Source: Candidatus Latescibacterota bacterium
GTDB taxonomy: Bacteria > Latescibacterota > UBA2968
Assembly (NCBI GenBank): GCA_965204745.1
Contig: OZ242010.1
Location: 3,360,001 to 3,424,000, forward strand
DNA: 64,000 nucleotides
Direction of reading: 5' to 3'
A model generated the notes under the pieces. It was not told the origin of the DNA and did not search any database. It saw only the letters and a list, made by a program, of their open reading frames with translations. Positions 1-10,386 of this stretch are shown here, in pieces (position 1 is the stretch's first letter; every line of letters starts with the position of its first letter). Position numbers and translations under genes: made by a program.

Positions 1-1
1 G

Positions 2-1129
2 GATGACGCCGCATCCTCGGCGCCGCGGACCACCAAAAAGCGCGCGGCGAAGAAGCCGACCAAAAAGGCGACCAAGAAGCCGGTGAAGAAACAGCGGGCG
101 GATCAAACGACCGACGAAGCTCCCGCGACATCCCCTGCACAGAGCACAGCGAAAAAGCGCACGACGAAGAAGCCCGCCAAGAAAGTCAAGAAGCCTGCAA
201 AAAAGGCCAAAAAGCCCGCCGCAACAGAAGCGCGTGCAGAGACGCCGCCCAAACCGAGCGCGGAGCAGGTCGAGACAACCGCGGTCGGGGATCGGGGTCA
301 GCAAAAAGCCGAGACAACGGCTCCTGCTGATCGGGCACAACAGCAGGTCGAGACAACCGCGGTCAGGGATCGGGGTCAGCAAAAAGCCGAGACAACGGCT
401 CCTGCTGATCAGGCACAACAAAAGGTCGAAACACCGCCAGCCACGGATCAAGCGCGAAAAGCAGAGCCGGCCGGGCAAACGCCTGAAGCCGAAGAAATGC
501 AGTGGGGACGGCGGACCAAGCGGTCGGGGCCTATCGGTTGGGAAGGTCGCGTTGGCGCCAGTCCACCCGTTCAACCCACGCGGCGCCCGGACGCGCAGGC
601 AGACGCGCCAGCCGTTGAAACACCCGCTGAACCAGAGCCAAAACCACCACCGCCGCCTCCTCGCGCGGCCCAACGCAACGATCAAAACGACCGGAAGACA
701 CAACGGCCTTCGAGCAATCGCAACAGGAATGAGAAGAAGCCCGACGGGGCTTCGCGCAAACTCGCGGAAATTTTGGCGCAATCGTGGACAGAAGACAAAA
801 CCCGTCGCTTTCTCGGCGAGGGCTTTCTGAGCAGTTTGTCCGCCGATTTGGTCGATACTGGCAAAGGGGCATCCCTCCCAGACGCCGAGGCACTCAAAAA
901 ACCCATGGAGATGATCCGCAAGGTTCTGGCCGATGAGTGCATGGTTGCAGATGATGTGTCGGATTTGCTGTTGCTCGACTTGGTGATGAATGCCCTGTCC
1001 GACCGCATTGACGTGTGCCGGTTGCAGGCCGAATCAAATTCGCTGGCAGATATCGACGTGATTTTGGAATTGCGCCACAAGGCGGATCGGCGATTGATCG
1101 AAGCCGTGAATGCCCTGAAGAATGCGTGA
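2..1129 (+). CDS. Hypothetical protein, 5'-partial; Lys/Ala/Pro-rich low-complexity N-terminus and helical C-terminal domain
   Basis: Frame of ORF 83..1129 is open back to position 2; KKPAKK repeats; 78-bp tandem duplication at ~265-420; followed by a terminator. Confidence 0.7.
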   Translation, partial: DDAASSAPRTTKKRAAKKPTKKATKKPVKKQRADQTTDEAPATSPAQSTAKKRTTKKPAKKVKKPAKKAKKPAATEARAETPPKPSAEQVETTAVGDRGQQKAETTAPADRAQQQVETTAVRDRGQQKAETTAPADQAQQKVETPPATDQARKAEPAGQTPEAEEMQWGRRTKRSGPIGWEGRVGASPPVQPTRRPDAQADAPAVETPAEPEPKPPPPPPRAAQRNDQNDRKTQRPSSNRNRNEKKPDGASRKLAEILAQSWTEDKTRRFLGEGFLSSLSADLVDTGKGASLPDAEALKKPMEMIRKVLADECMVADDVSDLLLLDLVMNALSDRIDVCRLQAESNSLADIDVILELRHKADRRLIEAVNALKNA

Positions 1130-1151
1130 GAAGGTCGTTTTTTAACCACGT

Positions 1152-1190
1152 AAAAGCCCCGCCTGATTTTTGTCAGACGGGGCTTTTTTT
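1152..1190. terminator. Bidirectional Rho-independent terminator
   Basis: aaaagccccgcctga-ttttt-gtcagacggggctttttt stem with A/T tails on both sides, between convergent genes. Confidence 0.8.
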
Positions 1191-1239
1191 AACTTGATTT
1201 TTTTTAGGACTAAAGTGATGCGATATACTGATAGCAAGC

Positions 1240-1560
1240 CATCCATCCCCTTGACGTTCCGCAGTCATTCAGAGAAGCCATCGCAAAAGACCATCGCAAA
1301 AGACCATCAGCTAAAGCCATCATGCACAGCGCGCAAGGCCGTCTCGCAACCAATGTCCATTATGCCAACCCACTTTGCAGGCTAGCGCATGTCGTGCTGT
1401 TACAAAAGTGCTTTGCGCTGTGCAAGCCCCTCGGCGTTTGAGAGCGGCATTTTTTGCCTACTTTTTTTTGCTGTTGAAAAAAAGTAGGTCGCCGAAGGCA
1501 TCGAAAGCAACAAACGATGCGATAGGGCCAAACGTTTTAGATGAGCAACGCATGATTTGT
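1240..1560 (+). repeat. Partial inverted copy of the internal part of the MITE at 53108-53608
   Basis: gcacagcgcgcaaggccgtctcgcaaccaatgtccat...gagagcggcattttttgc...gtcgccgaaggcatcg is the reverse complement of ~53160-53460. Confidence 0.8.
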
Positions 1561-1609
1561 ACGGAATATCTGTTCCACAGTCATCCCCGATGCTTCAGCG
1601 CGGGGTTCT

Positions 1610-3580
1610 TCACGCCCAACCATGCACGCCGTGACCGCCGCCGGGAAACCAGATCAGATCCACGATGAACGAGACGAGCACGCCCGTGGCCCTGCCGGCG
1701 ATGATGCCAAAAAAGAGCGGGCGATATTTTTGGTAGAGCGACACGCCGCCCACCCGAATGACGATGGCTTTGAACAGATAGACGATGATGAGTGAGGTGA
1801 TTTCGTGGAGAATGCTCGTCGTGGTAATGATGAAGCCCACGGGGTGAACCGGCCACCAGGGCAGGCGATAGCGCAGGGCAGTGAGGATGGCAAAAACCAT
1901 GCCCCCAAACGCGAACAACACCATCCGTTCCCAAGACGCCGGTTCGGGCGATTTGATTTTGGTGACGATGGCGTCGTACAGGCGGGGCGCGTACCGGGTA
2001 AAGGGATATTCCGTAAAATTGTACGCCCCGTGCGCGTACCCCAAGTAGAGCACCATCGAGATGTTGACCACGAGCGCGCCGCCCAAGCCCAAGAGCATCA
2101 CCCAAAAGAGCGTGCGTTTGTGGCCCGGCACTTGGTCGAAAATTTTGGCATTCTGCGACAGTGCGGGCATGAACAGCATCCAGCGCAAGGCGTGGGCGGT
2201 CGATCCCACGGCAATGGTCTTGGGATCGATGGTAACCGTGCCGATGAGTTGAAAGCCCATATCGAGCGGCGTTGTGGGAATGCCCAAGTACAGGGTGCCG
2301 GATTCGCACACAAAGCGCGCCAGGGCGATGTAGATGACCAGGGCGGCCGGCACCGTGATCGCCAAAAGACTCGGCGCGACCCCGGCTTTGAGCAGCCAAG
2401 CGATGATGTAGATGAGGCCGAGTATCAAGCCGATCACAGCCGTGCGGTAAGACAGGAGTTCGTCCGCGTCCTCCACATCGGGATCGTTTGTCCACGCTTT
2501 CCGGAAGACCGCCTTCAGGTGTCGCCGCGCGGTCCAAAGCCCCCAGGCGACGAACACGAACAGCGCGCCCAGGCATTGCCACTGCACCAGGGGATCGCCC
2601 CATCCCCCGCCTTTTTGGTGCATGCGCCCAAACTGAAAGCCGGTTTTTCGGATCAGCGCGATTTCGCCCATCAGCAAGAAGTGGAAGAACCAGATCGAAA
2701 ACAGGATTTCGAGGTTGACAAAATACCCAAAGCCAATGGTGTACGTGTTGATGTGCGTCAACAAGGGCGGGAAGAGGCGCGCAAAATAAAAAAGCCCGGC
2801 ATTGGGGCTCATGCTGATGCGGGGCACGGTGGTGTAAAAATAGGTGATGATGTTCCAGCCGATGATGCCAAATGCCAGGCCAAAGCCTATCCAAAAGAGG
2901 TAGCCCAGGGTCGGCCAGCCATTTTGCGCCGAGGACTCGCGCCCGACCATTTCGAGCACAGGCGCGAGCAGGGGATAGTCCAAGCGTTCGCTTTCGACCC
3001 ATTGCTTGCGAAGGATGACCACGATGCAAAAGCACACGCCAAAACCGGCCAGAATCAACGTGACCCACCAAAAAATCGGTCCGATCCAACCTTCCCAAGG
3101 GATGGGGACGCCAGAGGGCAGGCCCTCGTAGAGAAACGTGGTTTGGCGGTGGTCATTGGCCGGAAAGAGATAGGGCGAGAGATGGGGTTGGACATTGTCG
3201 ATCCACCCGTTTTCCGGGGTTGCCAAATAATAGGGCGCAGCCATCAGGCCCAGCCAGATGCCGGTGAGGCCGCGTGCGGGGATGATTGCGCCGATCAGGC
3301 CCATGGCGAAGATGACGGCCAATTCTCGGTTCTCGAGCCCCTGTCTGCCAAATCGAATTTTCAGGAGGGTATTGACCGCAAAAACGCAGAGGAAGATGGC
3401 GAAGATGGCGACGGGCAGGTGGGTGATGTTGACCGCGGACGTATTGGCAGCCGTGCGCGAATACGTCACCCACGCGCTCGCCAGACACGAGATCACCAGC
3501 CCGAAGACAATGCTGCGAGGCGTGATGCGCGCCGCTTTGCGATCCGCAACGGTGGCAGATGGGGTTTGGAGAAGGGCCAT
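1610..3580 (-). CDS. DUF6785/DUF6784-family polytopic membrane protein (putative peptide/oligosaccharide transporter)
   Basis: 656 aa, many TM segments, motifs LRKQWVESERLDYPL and WWPVHPVGF. Confidence 0.8.
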   Translation of the reverse strand: MALLQTPSATVADRKAARITPRSIVFGLVISCLASAWVTYSRTAANTSAVNITHLPVAIFAIFLCVFAVNTLLKIRFGRQGLENRELAVIFAMGLIGAIIPARGLTGIWLGLMAAPYYLATPENGWIDNVQPHLSPYLFPANDHRQTTFLYEGLPSGVPIPWEGWIGPIFWWVTLILAGFGVCFCIVVILRKQWVESERLDYPLLAPVLEMVGRESSAQNGWPTLGYLFWIGFGLAFGIIGWNIITYFYTTVPRISMSPNAGLFYFARLFPPLLTHINTYTIGFGYFVNLEILFSIWFFHFLLMGEIALIRKTGFQFGRMHQKGGGWGDPLVQWQCLGALFVFVAWGLWTARRHLKAVFRKAWTNDPDVEDADELLSYRTAVIGLILGLIYIIAWLLKAGVAPSLLAITVPAALVIYIALARFVCESGTLYLGIPTTPLDMGFQLIGTVTIDPKTIAVGSTAHALRWMLFMPALSQNAKIFDQVPGHKRTLFWVMLLGLGGALVVNISMVLYLGYAHGAYNFTEYPFTRYAPRLYDAIVTKIKSPEPASWERMVLFAFGGMVFAILTALRYRLPWWPVHPVGFIITTTSILHEITSLIIVYLFKAIVIRVGGVSLYQKYRPLFFGIIAGRATGVLVSFIVDLIWFPGGGHGVHGWA

Positions 3581-3692
3581 GGCGTTTTGTTCGTCAATTT
3601 TTCATTTGAAGCGAGCCAGATTTGTTTTGCGTTTTGAAATTGCACGGCCTTAATATATAGGTATATCAAAGTAATAATACCAATTTGATTTT

Positions 3693-4119
3693 TAGGTTGT
3701 GTTGACATTTCATTTTTTTGACGTTACGCACAGATTAGCAAATGTGTTGCTTCTTGCTCATTTAAGGCGTTTGGTCCTTTGATGGCTTAGGTTGCTCTGA
3801 TGGCTTGACCGAGGGGACCTATCCCCCGGCCCCTTTCCTACGAGGAAAGGGGAGTAAAGCTCCTTTGATGGCTTATAGCTCTGGTTGCTCTGATGGCGTT
3901 TTGCGAGGGCATAAAGCGATTAAATATCCCTCATCCATACCCTCGCAAAACCGCTCACAGTTCCCCCCTTCCTCGCAGGAAGGGGGGTTAGGGGGGTAGG
4001 TCCCGATAAGGCGCGACCATTTCAGTTTCTCAAACCGAGGGCATATTCTGCGATAGGGCTTGATTTTTTTTTACACCGCCCCATCCAGTTGCTTTGCTCG
4101 TAAATGTCAACACAGCCTA
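3693..4119. mobile_element. MITE-like non-autonomous element, copy 1
   Basis: Terminal inverted repeats taggttgtgttgacattt / aaatgtcaacacagccta; both ends shared with 53108-53608; centre replaced by a CCCCCGGCCCCCTTTCC hairpin module. Confidence 0.75.
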
Positions 4120-4267
4120 AATTGATTTGGTATTGTCCGTATCCTGCCTCCCATCCGAGATGAATGAGAAACAGATGTTCCGTAGGGATCAGGCGGTGCT
4201 TGTCTAAAGCGTTGTTTTTTGCGGTTGCGTTTCGCCTTGATTCGCCTATTCGCCCGAGGTCGCCATC

Positions 4268-5752
4268 ATGCGTTTTGTCATCGGATTCTTGCTCGTATTC
4301 AGCGCGAGGTCCGCGCTGGCCCAATCGCCACCCGTGCTGGCCGATTACAATGCCGAGGTGCGAGGGGCCGATGGCCGAGTGGATGTGCCCGTGTTGGTGC
4401 GCCGCTTGTCTGAACTGCGCGTCAACACCTACTTTTTTTTGATCTGGCACAGGGCGACCGATTGGGACGATCTCAAGCGGTTTTTGCCCGCAGCGCGCGA
4501 CGCGGGGATCGACGCCTGGGTTTATCTGGTGCCGCCATCGGAAAGCCCGCCGATTTACGGGACGCGGTATTCCGAGCCGTTTCGCTTGGACTACCCGCGC
4601 TGGGCAGAAGAGATCGCGCGGTTGTCCCTCGCGCATGCCAATTTGAAGGCATTTGTGATCGACGACTTTTGGGCGAATCGCAAGGTGTACACCCCGGCTT
4701 ATGTGGGGGACATGCGCCAGCGGGCACGGGCCGTCAATCCGGATCTCGAGTTTTGGCCCCTGATGTATTACCGCGAGTTGAACAGGGAATTTATCGAGGG
4801 CTACGGCGAGGCCATTGACGGCGTGGTGGCGGCCTATCCAAAGACCGAGCAGAGCGTGCAACGCGCTTGGCTGTTGTTAAATGACCGCTTGGACATGCCC
4901 GCACGGTGGCAATTTTCCTACCCCTCGTACACGCGGTCCGCGGTGGGCGATTACGCCAGCATCCAACGCGGGTTTCGCGTGCTGCCCGGCGCGGCGCGCT
5001 ACACCCTGCGCTTGGCGCAACAAGACAGCTATGAGGGGCCGACCGCGGGCTACCACTTCAAGCAAGTGCTCATCGATGACCAAGTGGCGTGGGAAGAAGA
5101 CGTGGCCGGCGGCGAGCGGATATGGCAAACAGTCGATTTGCCCCTCGCGTCTTGGGCAAAAGAAAAATCCCATGTCGCCCTGACCCTTCGGGTTTATGAC
5201 CGCAAGCGCGTGTCCAATTTCCCGGTCACTGTGGAGATCCAAGAACCCGTCGTAGAGGGCTTGGTCGCAGAGGGGGAATGGCAGAGCGCAACGCGAGGTC
5301 GCTGGCGTGTGAATTTCGCGCCGGCCTATCATAGCGCGGGCGAGTATCGCATTCCCCTGGTGGTGATGATCGCGGCGAACCAACCGCAGTTCGTCAAGCG
5401 CAACGGCGAACCTGCCACGCCTGACCGCATCCGCGACAAGGTGAAGATGGCACTGGTGCAACGGCGTCGGGGTTTTTGCGAGGGCGTGGTGACTTACGCG
5501 CTGCCCAAAGCCCCGGATGACGCGATTTTCAAATCCATCAGACGGCTTTTTTTGAAAGCGAGCACATCCCGCAGTGCGGATTTTGATGGCAACGGACTCG
5601 TGGGGTTTGAAGATTTTCTCCTGTTCGCCAATGCGTTCGGGAAGGTGGTGGGCGAATACGCGACTGTGTTCGCCCGTTTTGATTTGGATTTGGACGGGCG
5701 AGTGGGCATGGGCGATTTTCTGCTTTTCGCACAGGCGTATGGCGAGACGTGA
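4268..5752 (+). CDS. Secreted protein with a possible glycoside-hydrolase-like N-terminal barrel and C-terminal double EF-hand/dockerin-like motif
   Basis: Signal peptide ending SALA; ADFDGNGLVGFEDFLLFANAFG...RFDLDLDGRVGMGDFLLFAQAYG. Confidence 0.7.
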   Translation: MRFVIGFLLVFSARSALAQSPPVLADYNAEVRGADGRVDVPVLVRRLSELRVNTYFFLIWHRATDWDDLKRFLPAARDAGIDAWVYLVPPSESPPIYGTRYSEPFRLDYPRWAEEIARLSLAHANLKAFVIDDFWANRKVYTPAYVGDMRQRARAVNPDLEFWPLMYYRELNREFIEGYGEAIDGVVAAYPKTEQSVQRAWLLLNDRLDMPARWQFSYPSYTRSAVGDYASIQRGFRVLPGAARYTLRLAQQDSYEGPTAGYHFKQVLIDDQVAWEEDVAGGERIWQTVDLPLASWAKEKSHVALTLRVYDRKRVSNFPVTVEIQEPVVEGLVAEGEWQSATRGRWRVNFAPAYHSAGEYRIPLVVMIAANQPQFVKRNGEPATPDRIRDKVKMALVQRRRGFCEGVVTYALPKAPDDAIFKSIRRLFLKASTSRSADFDGNGLVGFEDFLLFANAFGKVVGEYATVFARFDLDLDGRVGMGDFLLFAQAYGET

Positions 5753-5796
5753 GAGGCGAGAGGCAAGAGGTGAAAGGCGGATTGTAGGTTTTGGCT

Positions 5797-6204
5797 ATGA
5801 AGATATACCTCGACATGTGTACCATACAATGTCCGTTCGACACCAAAACACAACTGCGTATTGTCGTTGAAACAGAGGCGGTTATGGGGATTATCGCGCT
5901 TTGTGAATCTGGACAAATCAACTTGATGGCCTCAGACGCGCTGGTGTTTGAGACAAATCGAAATCCACACCTCTTGCGGAAAAGACATGCGATAGAAGTC
6001 CTCGCAAAAGCAACGCAGTTCATTCAGACAGATCGTCGCGTGGCTGAGCGTGCCCGCGCATACCATGCCTTGGGCATCAAGCCATTGGACGCCCTGCATT
6101 TGGCCTCAGCGGTCGAAGCGCGGGCAGATTACTTATGCACCTGCGACGACAGGTTTCTGAAGCGAGCGCGAACAGCGGATACCTTGCAGACCAAAATTGC
6201 TTGA
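5797..6204 (+). CDS. PIN-domain (VapC-like) toxin
   Basis: MKIYLDMC...KPLDALHLASA...YLCTCDDRFLK acidic PIN motifs. Confidence 0.85.
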   Translation: MKIYLDMCTIQCPFDTKTQLRIVVETEAVMGIIALCESGQINLMASDALVFETNRNPHLLRKRHAIEVLAKATQFIQTDRRVAERARAYHALGIKPLDALHLASAVEARADYLCTCDDRFLKRARTADTLQTKIA

Positions 6205-6225
6205 ACTCATCGCGGAGGTCGCGCA

Positions 6226-6453
6226 ATGAACGTACAGACAAAACCGCTCAATGACATCACCCAGCAGGCCCTTGCTTTATTGACCAAAGAACTCGGGATT
6301 GCGAACACCATGCGTTTTCTCAACCAGTTTTCACCCGGGTATGGGGACTATACTGTGGAACGGGACGTGCTGTTTGCAGATTTGACCCTCGACGAAATTC
6401 TCGCGGCTATCAAAAATCATAAAGCAACCACAGGTGAAAGGCGGGAGAGGTGA
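6226..6453 (+). CDS. Small putative antitoxin downstream of the PIN gene
   Basis: 75 aa, LTKELGIANTMRFLNQFSPGYGDYTVER motif typical of partners of this PIN family. Confidence 0.7.
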   Translation: MNVQTKPLNDITQQALALLTKELGIANTMRFLNQFSPGYGDYTVERDVLFADLTLDEILAAIKNHKATTGERRER

Positions 6454-6790
6454 GAGGCGAGAGGCGAGAGGTGAGAGGCGAGAGGCGAGAGGTGAGAGGC
6501 GAGAGGTGAGAGGCGAGAGGCAAGATGGGATTTTAGCCACGAGCGGGGTACAACTGGCGACAGCCAGTTCAAAGGCACAAAAGGGCGAGATGGGAGGGAG
6601 AGAACATAAGGGCGTAGGCACTGTGCTCACTTGAAGATACAAGGACAGGCACCGGGGCCTGTCCCTACGGATGTGGTAGGGTGTGCGAAGGATATAGCGG
6701 GGGAAAGGCAAAAGCGGCGGTAGGGCGGTGTGGGGTAATCCGCGTAATCTGCGTAATCCGTTTAATCCGCGATCCAGACACGGCGGAATG
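6434..6790. repeat. Composite intergenic repeat cluster: (GAGAGGY)n heptamers, 38-bp hairpin unit, GTAG-type REP, AATCCGCGT nonamers
   Basis: Heptamers 6434-6520; unit 6538-6576; ggacaggcaccggggcctgtccctac 6642-6668; nonamers 6737-6780; modules recur at 27278-27415. Confidence 0.85.
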
Positions 6791-6841
6791 GGCACGCACG
6801 GGCAGCGGGGCGGATGAGGGGATTCAATAGGAGGAATCGCA

Positions 6842-9835
6842 ATGGCAAAGCAATGTTGTGTACTCTATACACGCGACGAGATGGGCCATGCGCGGCGGAA
6901 TATCGCGCGCTACGATTGGGCAAAGGCCGAGCGCGATGCGGTGATCGAGCGTTGCGAGCCGTGGATGGCGCGGAGTGATGAGGACATTTGGCAACTCGTC
7001 ACCGGGCAGTCCATTCCCCGAGGGATTCACGTCAATTCGGACCTCGGCTGTCCAGCGTGTGGGCGAGATGTCTATGCGTTTGGGAATTACCCATGGAACG
7101 TGTCGCTGGCGCGGCCGTGGAAACTCGAATGCCCGTCTTGTGGGGAGGTCTGGCCGAAGAATGATTTTGAGGCATTTTACGAGAGCGGTCTGGGACCCGG
7201 TGGCGTCTTTGACCGCGGTCTGGCCGATGAGTCCCTGTTGTTCAATGCGGAACACGCGGATCCCGACGATCCGCTGCGGGGCTTTGCGGTGGATGACGGC
7301 ATGGGGTGGATCGACGACGCGGGCAACCGCTGGTGGTTCATCGCCTATTACAGCCATTATTGCACCTGGGCCGAGTTGCCCGAAGCGGCATTGGCACTCG
7401 GCAAGGCGTATTTGTACACGGGCGACGCGGCGTATGCCCACAAGGGCGCCGTGATTTTAGACCGCATTGCAGACGTGTATCCGGAGATGGATCTGACGCC
7501 CTATTCGGATCTGGGGATTTACAATTCGGATGGGAGCACCGGGCTTGGGCGCATCAAGGGTTGTATCTGGGAAAACGGGATGGCAGAGACCCTGTCGCTG
7601 GCCTACGATATGGTCTATGAGGGGATGGCAGGCGACGCGGCGTTGGTGCGGTTTTTGTCCGCGAAAGCCGCGACTTGGAAAATTGCGCGGCCCAAGCACA
7701 GCATTGCCCAGATCCGCGAGAACATCGAACGTGGGTTGCTCAGGGAGTTTATGCTTTCGTGCCGGGACAGGCGCATCCGCGGCAACGAGGGGATGACGCA
7801 AACCGCGATGGCAACCGCAGCGGCGGTGTTGGACGATCCCGAAGAGACGCCCGCGGCACTGGATTGGCTTTTTGAACCGGGAGAGTCCCGCGGCACGGGC
7901 GGGGGACATATTCCCGCGACTTTGATCGGCGAGGTGGATCGAGACGGGGTCGGCAATGAGGCCGCGCCGGGGTATTGTTTCGGCTGGATGACCGCTTATG
8001 CGCGCTGTGCGTGGGTGTTGGATCGGTGTCGCAAGTATCGGGACCGCGATCTGTACCGGGATTATCCCCGGCTCGAGCGCATGTTCGGCGTGCCCTATCG
8101 CCTCACCGCGTTGGATCGCTATACCCCCCACATCGGAGACACGGGCAACACGGGTGGCGAGGGCATGGTGAATGTGGACCTCCAAACCGTGCTCCACGCT
8201 TTTGCGCGGTTTGGAGACCCGGATCTCGCTCGGTTGGCGTACAAATTGAATGGCAACAGCGCGGATGGATTGCACACGTCCATTTTTGACGCGGAGCCAG
8301 AGGCGATTCAAACCGCGGTGCTCGAGCGCGTCGACCAGCGCGGGGAATTGCACCTCACGAGCGAAAATCTGAATGGGTATGGGCTGACCGTATTTCGGCA
8401 AGGCACAGGGGATGATCGGCGAGCCGCGTGGCTGTATTACGGGCGCAACGGGGGGCACGGTCATAAGGACAGGTTGAATTTTGGGATGTATTACCGGGGT
8501 ATGGATGTGTTGCCGGATTTGGGGTACCCGGAATACGCGGACGGCAAATGGCCCAAGCGCGCGGGTTGGACCACGAATACCATTTCGCACAATACGGTTG
8601 TGGTCAACCGAAAGTCGCAAGAGGTGAACTGGATTGGGCATTGCCAGCTTTTTGCCGCGGCTGAGGGCGTGGGCGTTGTGGAAGTCGCTTCCCCAGAGGT
8701 CTATCCCGAGGTGCGCGATTATCGGCGGACACTCGCTATGGTGGAGGTGTCGCGGACCGGGTCTTATTTGGTCGATTTTTTTCGCGTGGCCGGCGGGGAC
8801 GACCATGTGATGAGTTTCCACGCAGGCGAAGGCGACGCGAGCACAGAGGGCATCGACCCGACCCGGCGGGAAAAGGGGACGTACGCGGGCGAGGACATTG
8901 CCTTTGGCACGCACTACGACGGCCCCAATGACGGACGCTATCGGGGAAGCGGGTTTGCCTATCTCTACGGGGTCAGCCGCGCCGAGAATCCCGCGCCCGG
9001 CTGGTGGGCAGACTGGCGGTTGACGGATACCTGGCAGACGCAGCTCGGCGCGACCCCGTTGCACCTGCGCTATCGCGTCTTGTCCAATGTGGAAGATGCC
9101 GCGCTGGCATGGGGGGACCCGCCGCAAAACAAGCCGGGCAATCCCAGGCGGATACGCTATGTGCTCTTGCACAATTCCGGGTCAGACCGCAAGAGCTTGT
9201 TTGCGTCAATCGCAGAGCCGTATCCCGAAGGGCAACCGCACCTGACAGACGCGGCCCGCATCGACCTGGGATTGGCCGAGGACGATTTGACGGCTGCGGC
9301 TGTACGGGTGACGACGCGCACGGGCCGGGAGGATCGCATTTTGTCATCGGATGATCCGGACCGCGTGTTTGACTTGGGAGATGGCATCGCCATTGCCGCG
9401 CGCTTTGCCCTGGTCTCGCAGGAGGAAAATGGACCCATCACCATTTTTCTCATCGGGGGAACGCAGGTGACGACCCGGTTCGGAACCCTGCGGTTGAACG
9501 ATCCGGTGTATCGCGGCGCGGTAACGGACTTTCACCGAGGGGAAACCGGCACGGCTTGGGTTGAGGTGGAAGGCAATCTGCCGCCGGACGAGCGGCTGAT
9601 CGGTTCGCAACTCCGAATCCTGAATGACGGGGTTCGGGATGCGTGTTATACCGTGTCCGCCATTTCGCCCGCGGGCAATGGCGCGGTGCGCGTGGAAGTG
9701 GGCGATACGTCCTTTATCCGAGGGCTTCAATCGCGCGAGGATTACGAAAGGGGATTTGTGTACAATTTTTCTCTCGGCGACCCATGCGAGATCCAAAACG
9801 CGATTCACCTTCGCATTGCCAAGGGCGAGAGGTGA
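6842..9835 (+). CDS. Heparinase II/III-family polysaccharide lyase-like protein
   Basis: 997 aa; GHGHKDRLNFGMY, DLGYPEY, NTISHNTVVVN motifs; N-terminal CPACG/CPSCG; RBS aggagg. Confidence 0.8.
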   Translation: MAKQCCVLYTRDEMGHARRNIARYDWAKAERDAVIERCEPWMARSDEDIWQLVTGQSIPRGIHVNSDLGCPACGRDVYAFGNYPWNVSLARPWKLECPSCGEVWPKNDFEAFYESGLGPGGVFDRGLADESLLFNAEHADPDDPLRGFAVDDGMGWIDDAGNRWWFIAYYSHYCTWAELPEAALALGKAYLYTGDAAYAHKGAVILDRIADVYPEMDLTPYSDLGIYNSDGSTGLGRIKGCIWENGMAETLSLAYDMVYEGMAGDAALVRFLSAKAATWKIARPKHSIAQIRENIERGLLREFMLSCRDRRIRGNEGMTQTAMATAAAVLDDPEETPAALDWLFEPGESRGTGGGHIPATLIGEVDRDGVGNEAAPGYCFGWMTAYARCAWVLDRCRKYRDRDLYRDYPRLERMFGVPYRLTALDRYTPHIGDTGNTGGEGMVNVDLQTVLHAFARFGDPDLARLAYKLNGNSADGLHTSIFDAEPEAIQTAVLERVDQRGELHLTSENLNGYGLTVFRQGTGDDRRAAWLYYGRNGGHGHKDRLNFGMYYRGMDVLPDLGYPEYADGKWPKRAGWTTNTISHNTVVVNRKSQEVNWIGHCQLFAAAEGVGVVEVASPEVYPEVRDYRRTLAMVEVSRTGSYLVDFFRVAGGDDHVMSFHAGEGDASTEGIDPTRREKGTYAGEDIAFGTHYDGPNDGRYRGSGFAYLYGVSRAENPAPGWWADWRLTDTWQTQLGATPLHLRYRVLSNVEDAALAWGDPPQNKPGNPRRIRYVLLHNSGSDRKSLFASIAEPYPEGQPHLTDAARIDLGLAEDDLTAAAVRVTTRTGREDRILSSDDPDRVFDLGDGIAIAARFALVSQEENGPITIFLIGGTQVTTRFGTLRLNDPVYRGAVTDFHRGETGTAWVEVEGNLPPDERLIGSQLRILNDGVRDACYTVSAISPAGNGAVRVEVGDTSFIRGLQSREDYERGFVYNFSLGDPCEIQNAIHLRIAKGER

Positions 9836-10358
9836 GAGGCGAGAGGTGAGAGGTGAGAGGCGAGAGGGCATGGAAGGACATAGCGGCGAAGAATTGGGAC
9901 CTACCCCCTAACCCCCTTCCTAAGAGGAAGGGGGAATAGCGAGAGGGTTTGCGAGGGATTGCGCGAGGGGGGTTTGGGTTTCTATGGCGTGATCCATTCG
10001 CCCAAAGCCATCGAAACAGCTAGGGAGACAAACCGTCAAAAAGCCATGCGCTCCCCCTTCCTTGTAGGCACAGGCGTAGCCTACAATGAGCGAAGCGAAT
10101 AACGGGGGCCGGGGGATAGGGTATGGCGACAGGGCATGGAAGGATATAGCGGCGGGGAAACGATGAAGCGGCGGTAGGGCGGGGGGGCGGTCTCACCTCT
10201 TACTTCTCGCCTCTTACTTCTCGCCTCTTCACCTCTTACTTCTCGCCTCTTACTTCTCGCCTCTTACTTCTCGCCTCTTACTTCTCGCCTCTTACTTCTC
10301 GCCTCTTACTTCTCGCCTCTTACTTCTTGCCTCTCACCTCTTCCTCACCTCTCACCTT
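9824..10358. repeat. Intergenic repeat cluster: heptamers, paired CCCCCTTCC/GGAAGGGGG hairpins, (TTCTCGCCTCTTAC)n 14-mer array
   Basis: Visible tandem arrays at 9824-9866 and 10190-10358; hairpins at 9896-9935 and 10050-10120. Confidence 0.85.
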
Positions 10359-10386
10359 ACAAGAACACCGATGAAAGGAGCCAAAC

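Noticed and set aside
1170-1668. Small ORFs in repeat regions (also 6331..6795, 27309..27748, 32057..32507, 53138..53651, 63035..63870)
   Set aside because: Translations of MITE, REP or heptamer DNA (e.g. SRLSPL, LLRLTS, LAVASCTP)
1805-3637. Long antisense or alternate-frame ORFs (also 7457..9172, 11289..13064, 33572..35884, 47965..49581, 50756..52306 and those opposite the giant gene)
   Set aside because: Shadows of well-supported genes in GC-rich DNA with no recognisable motifs
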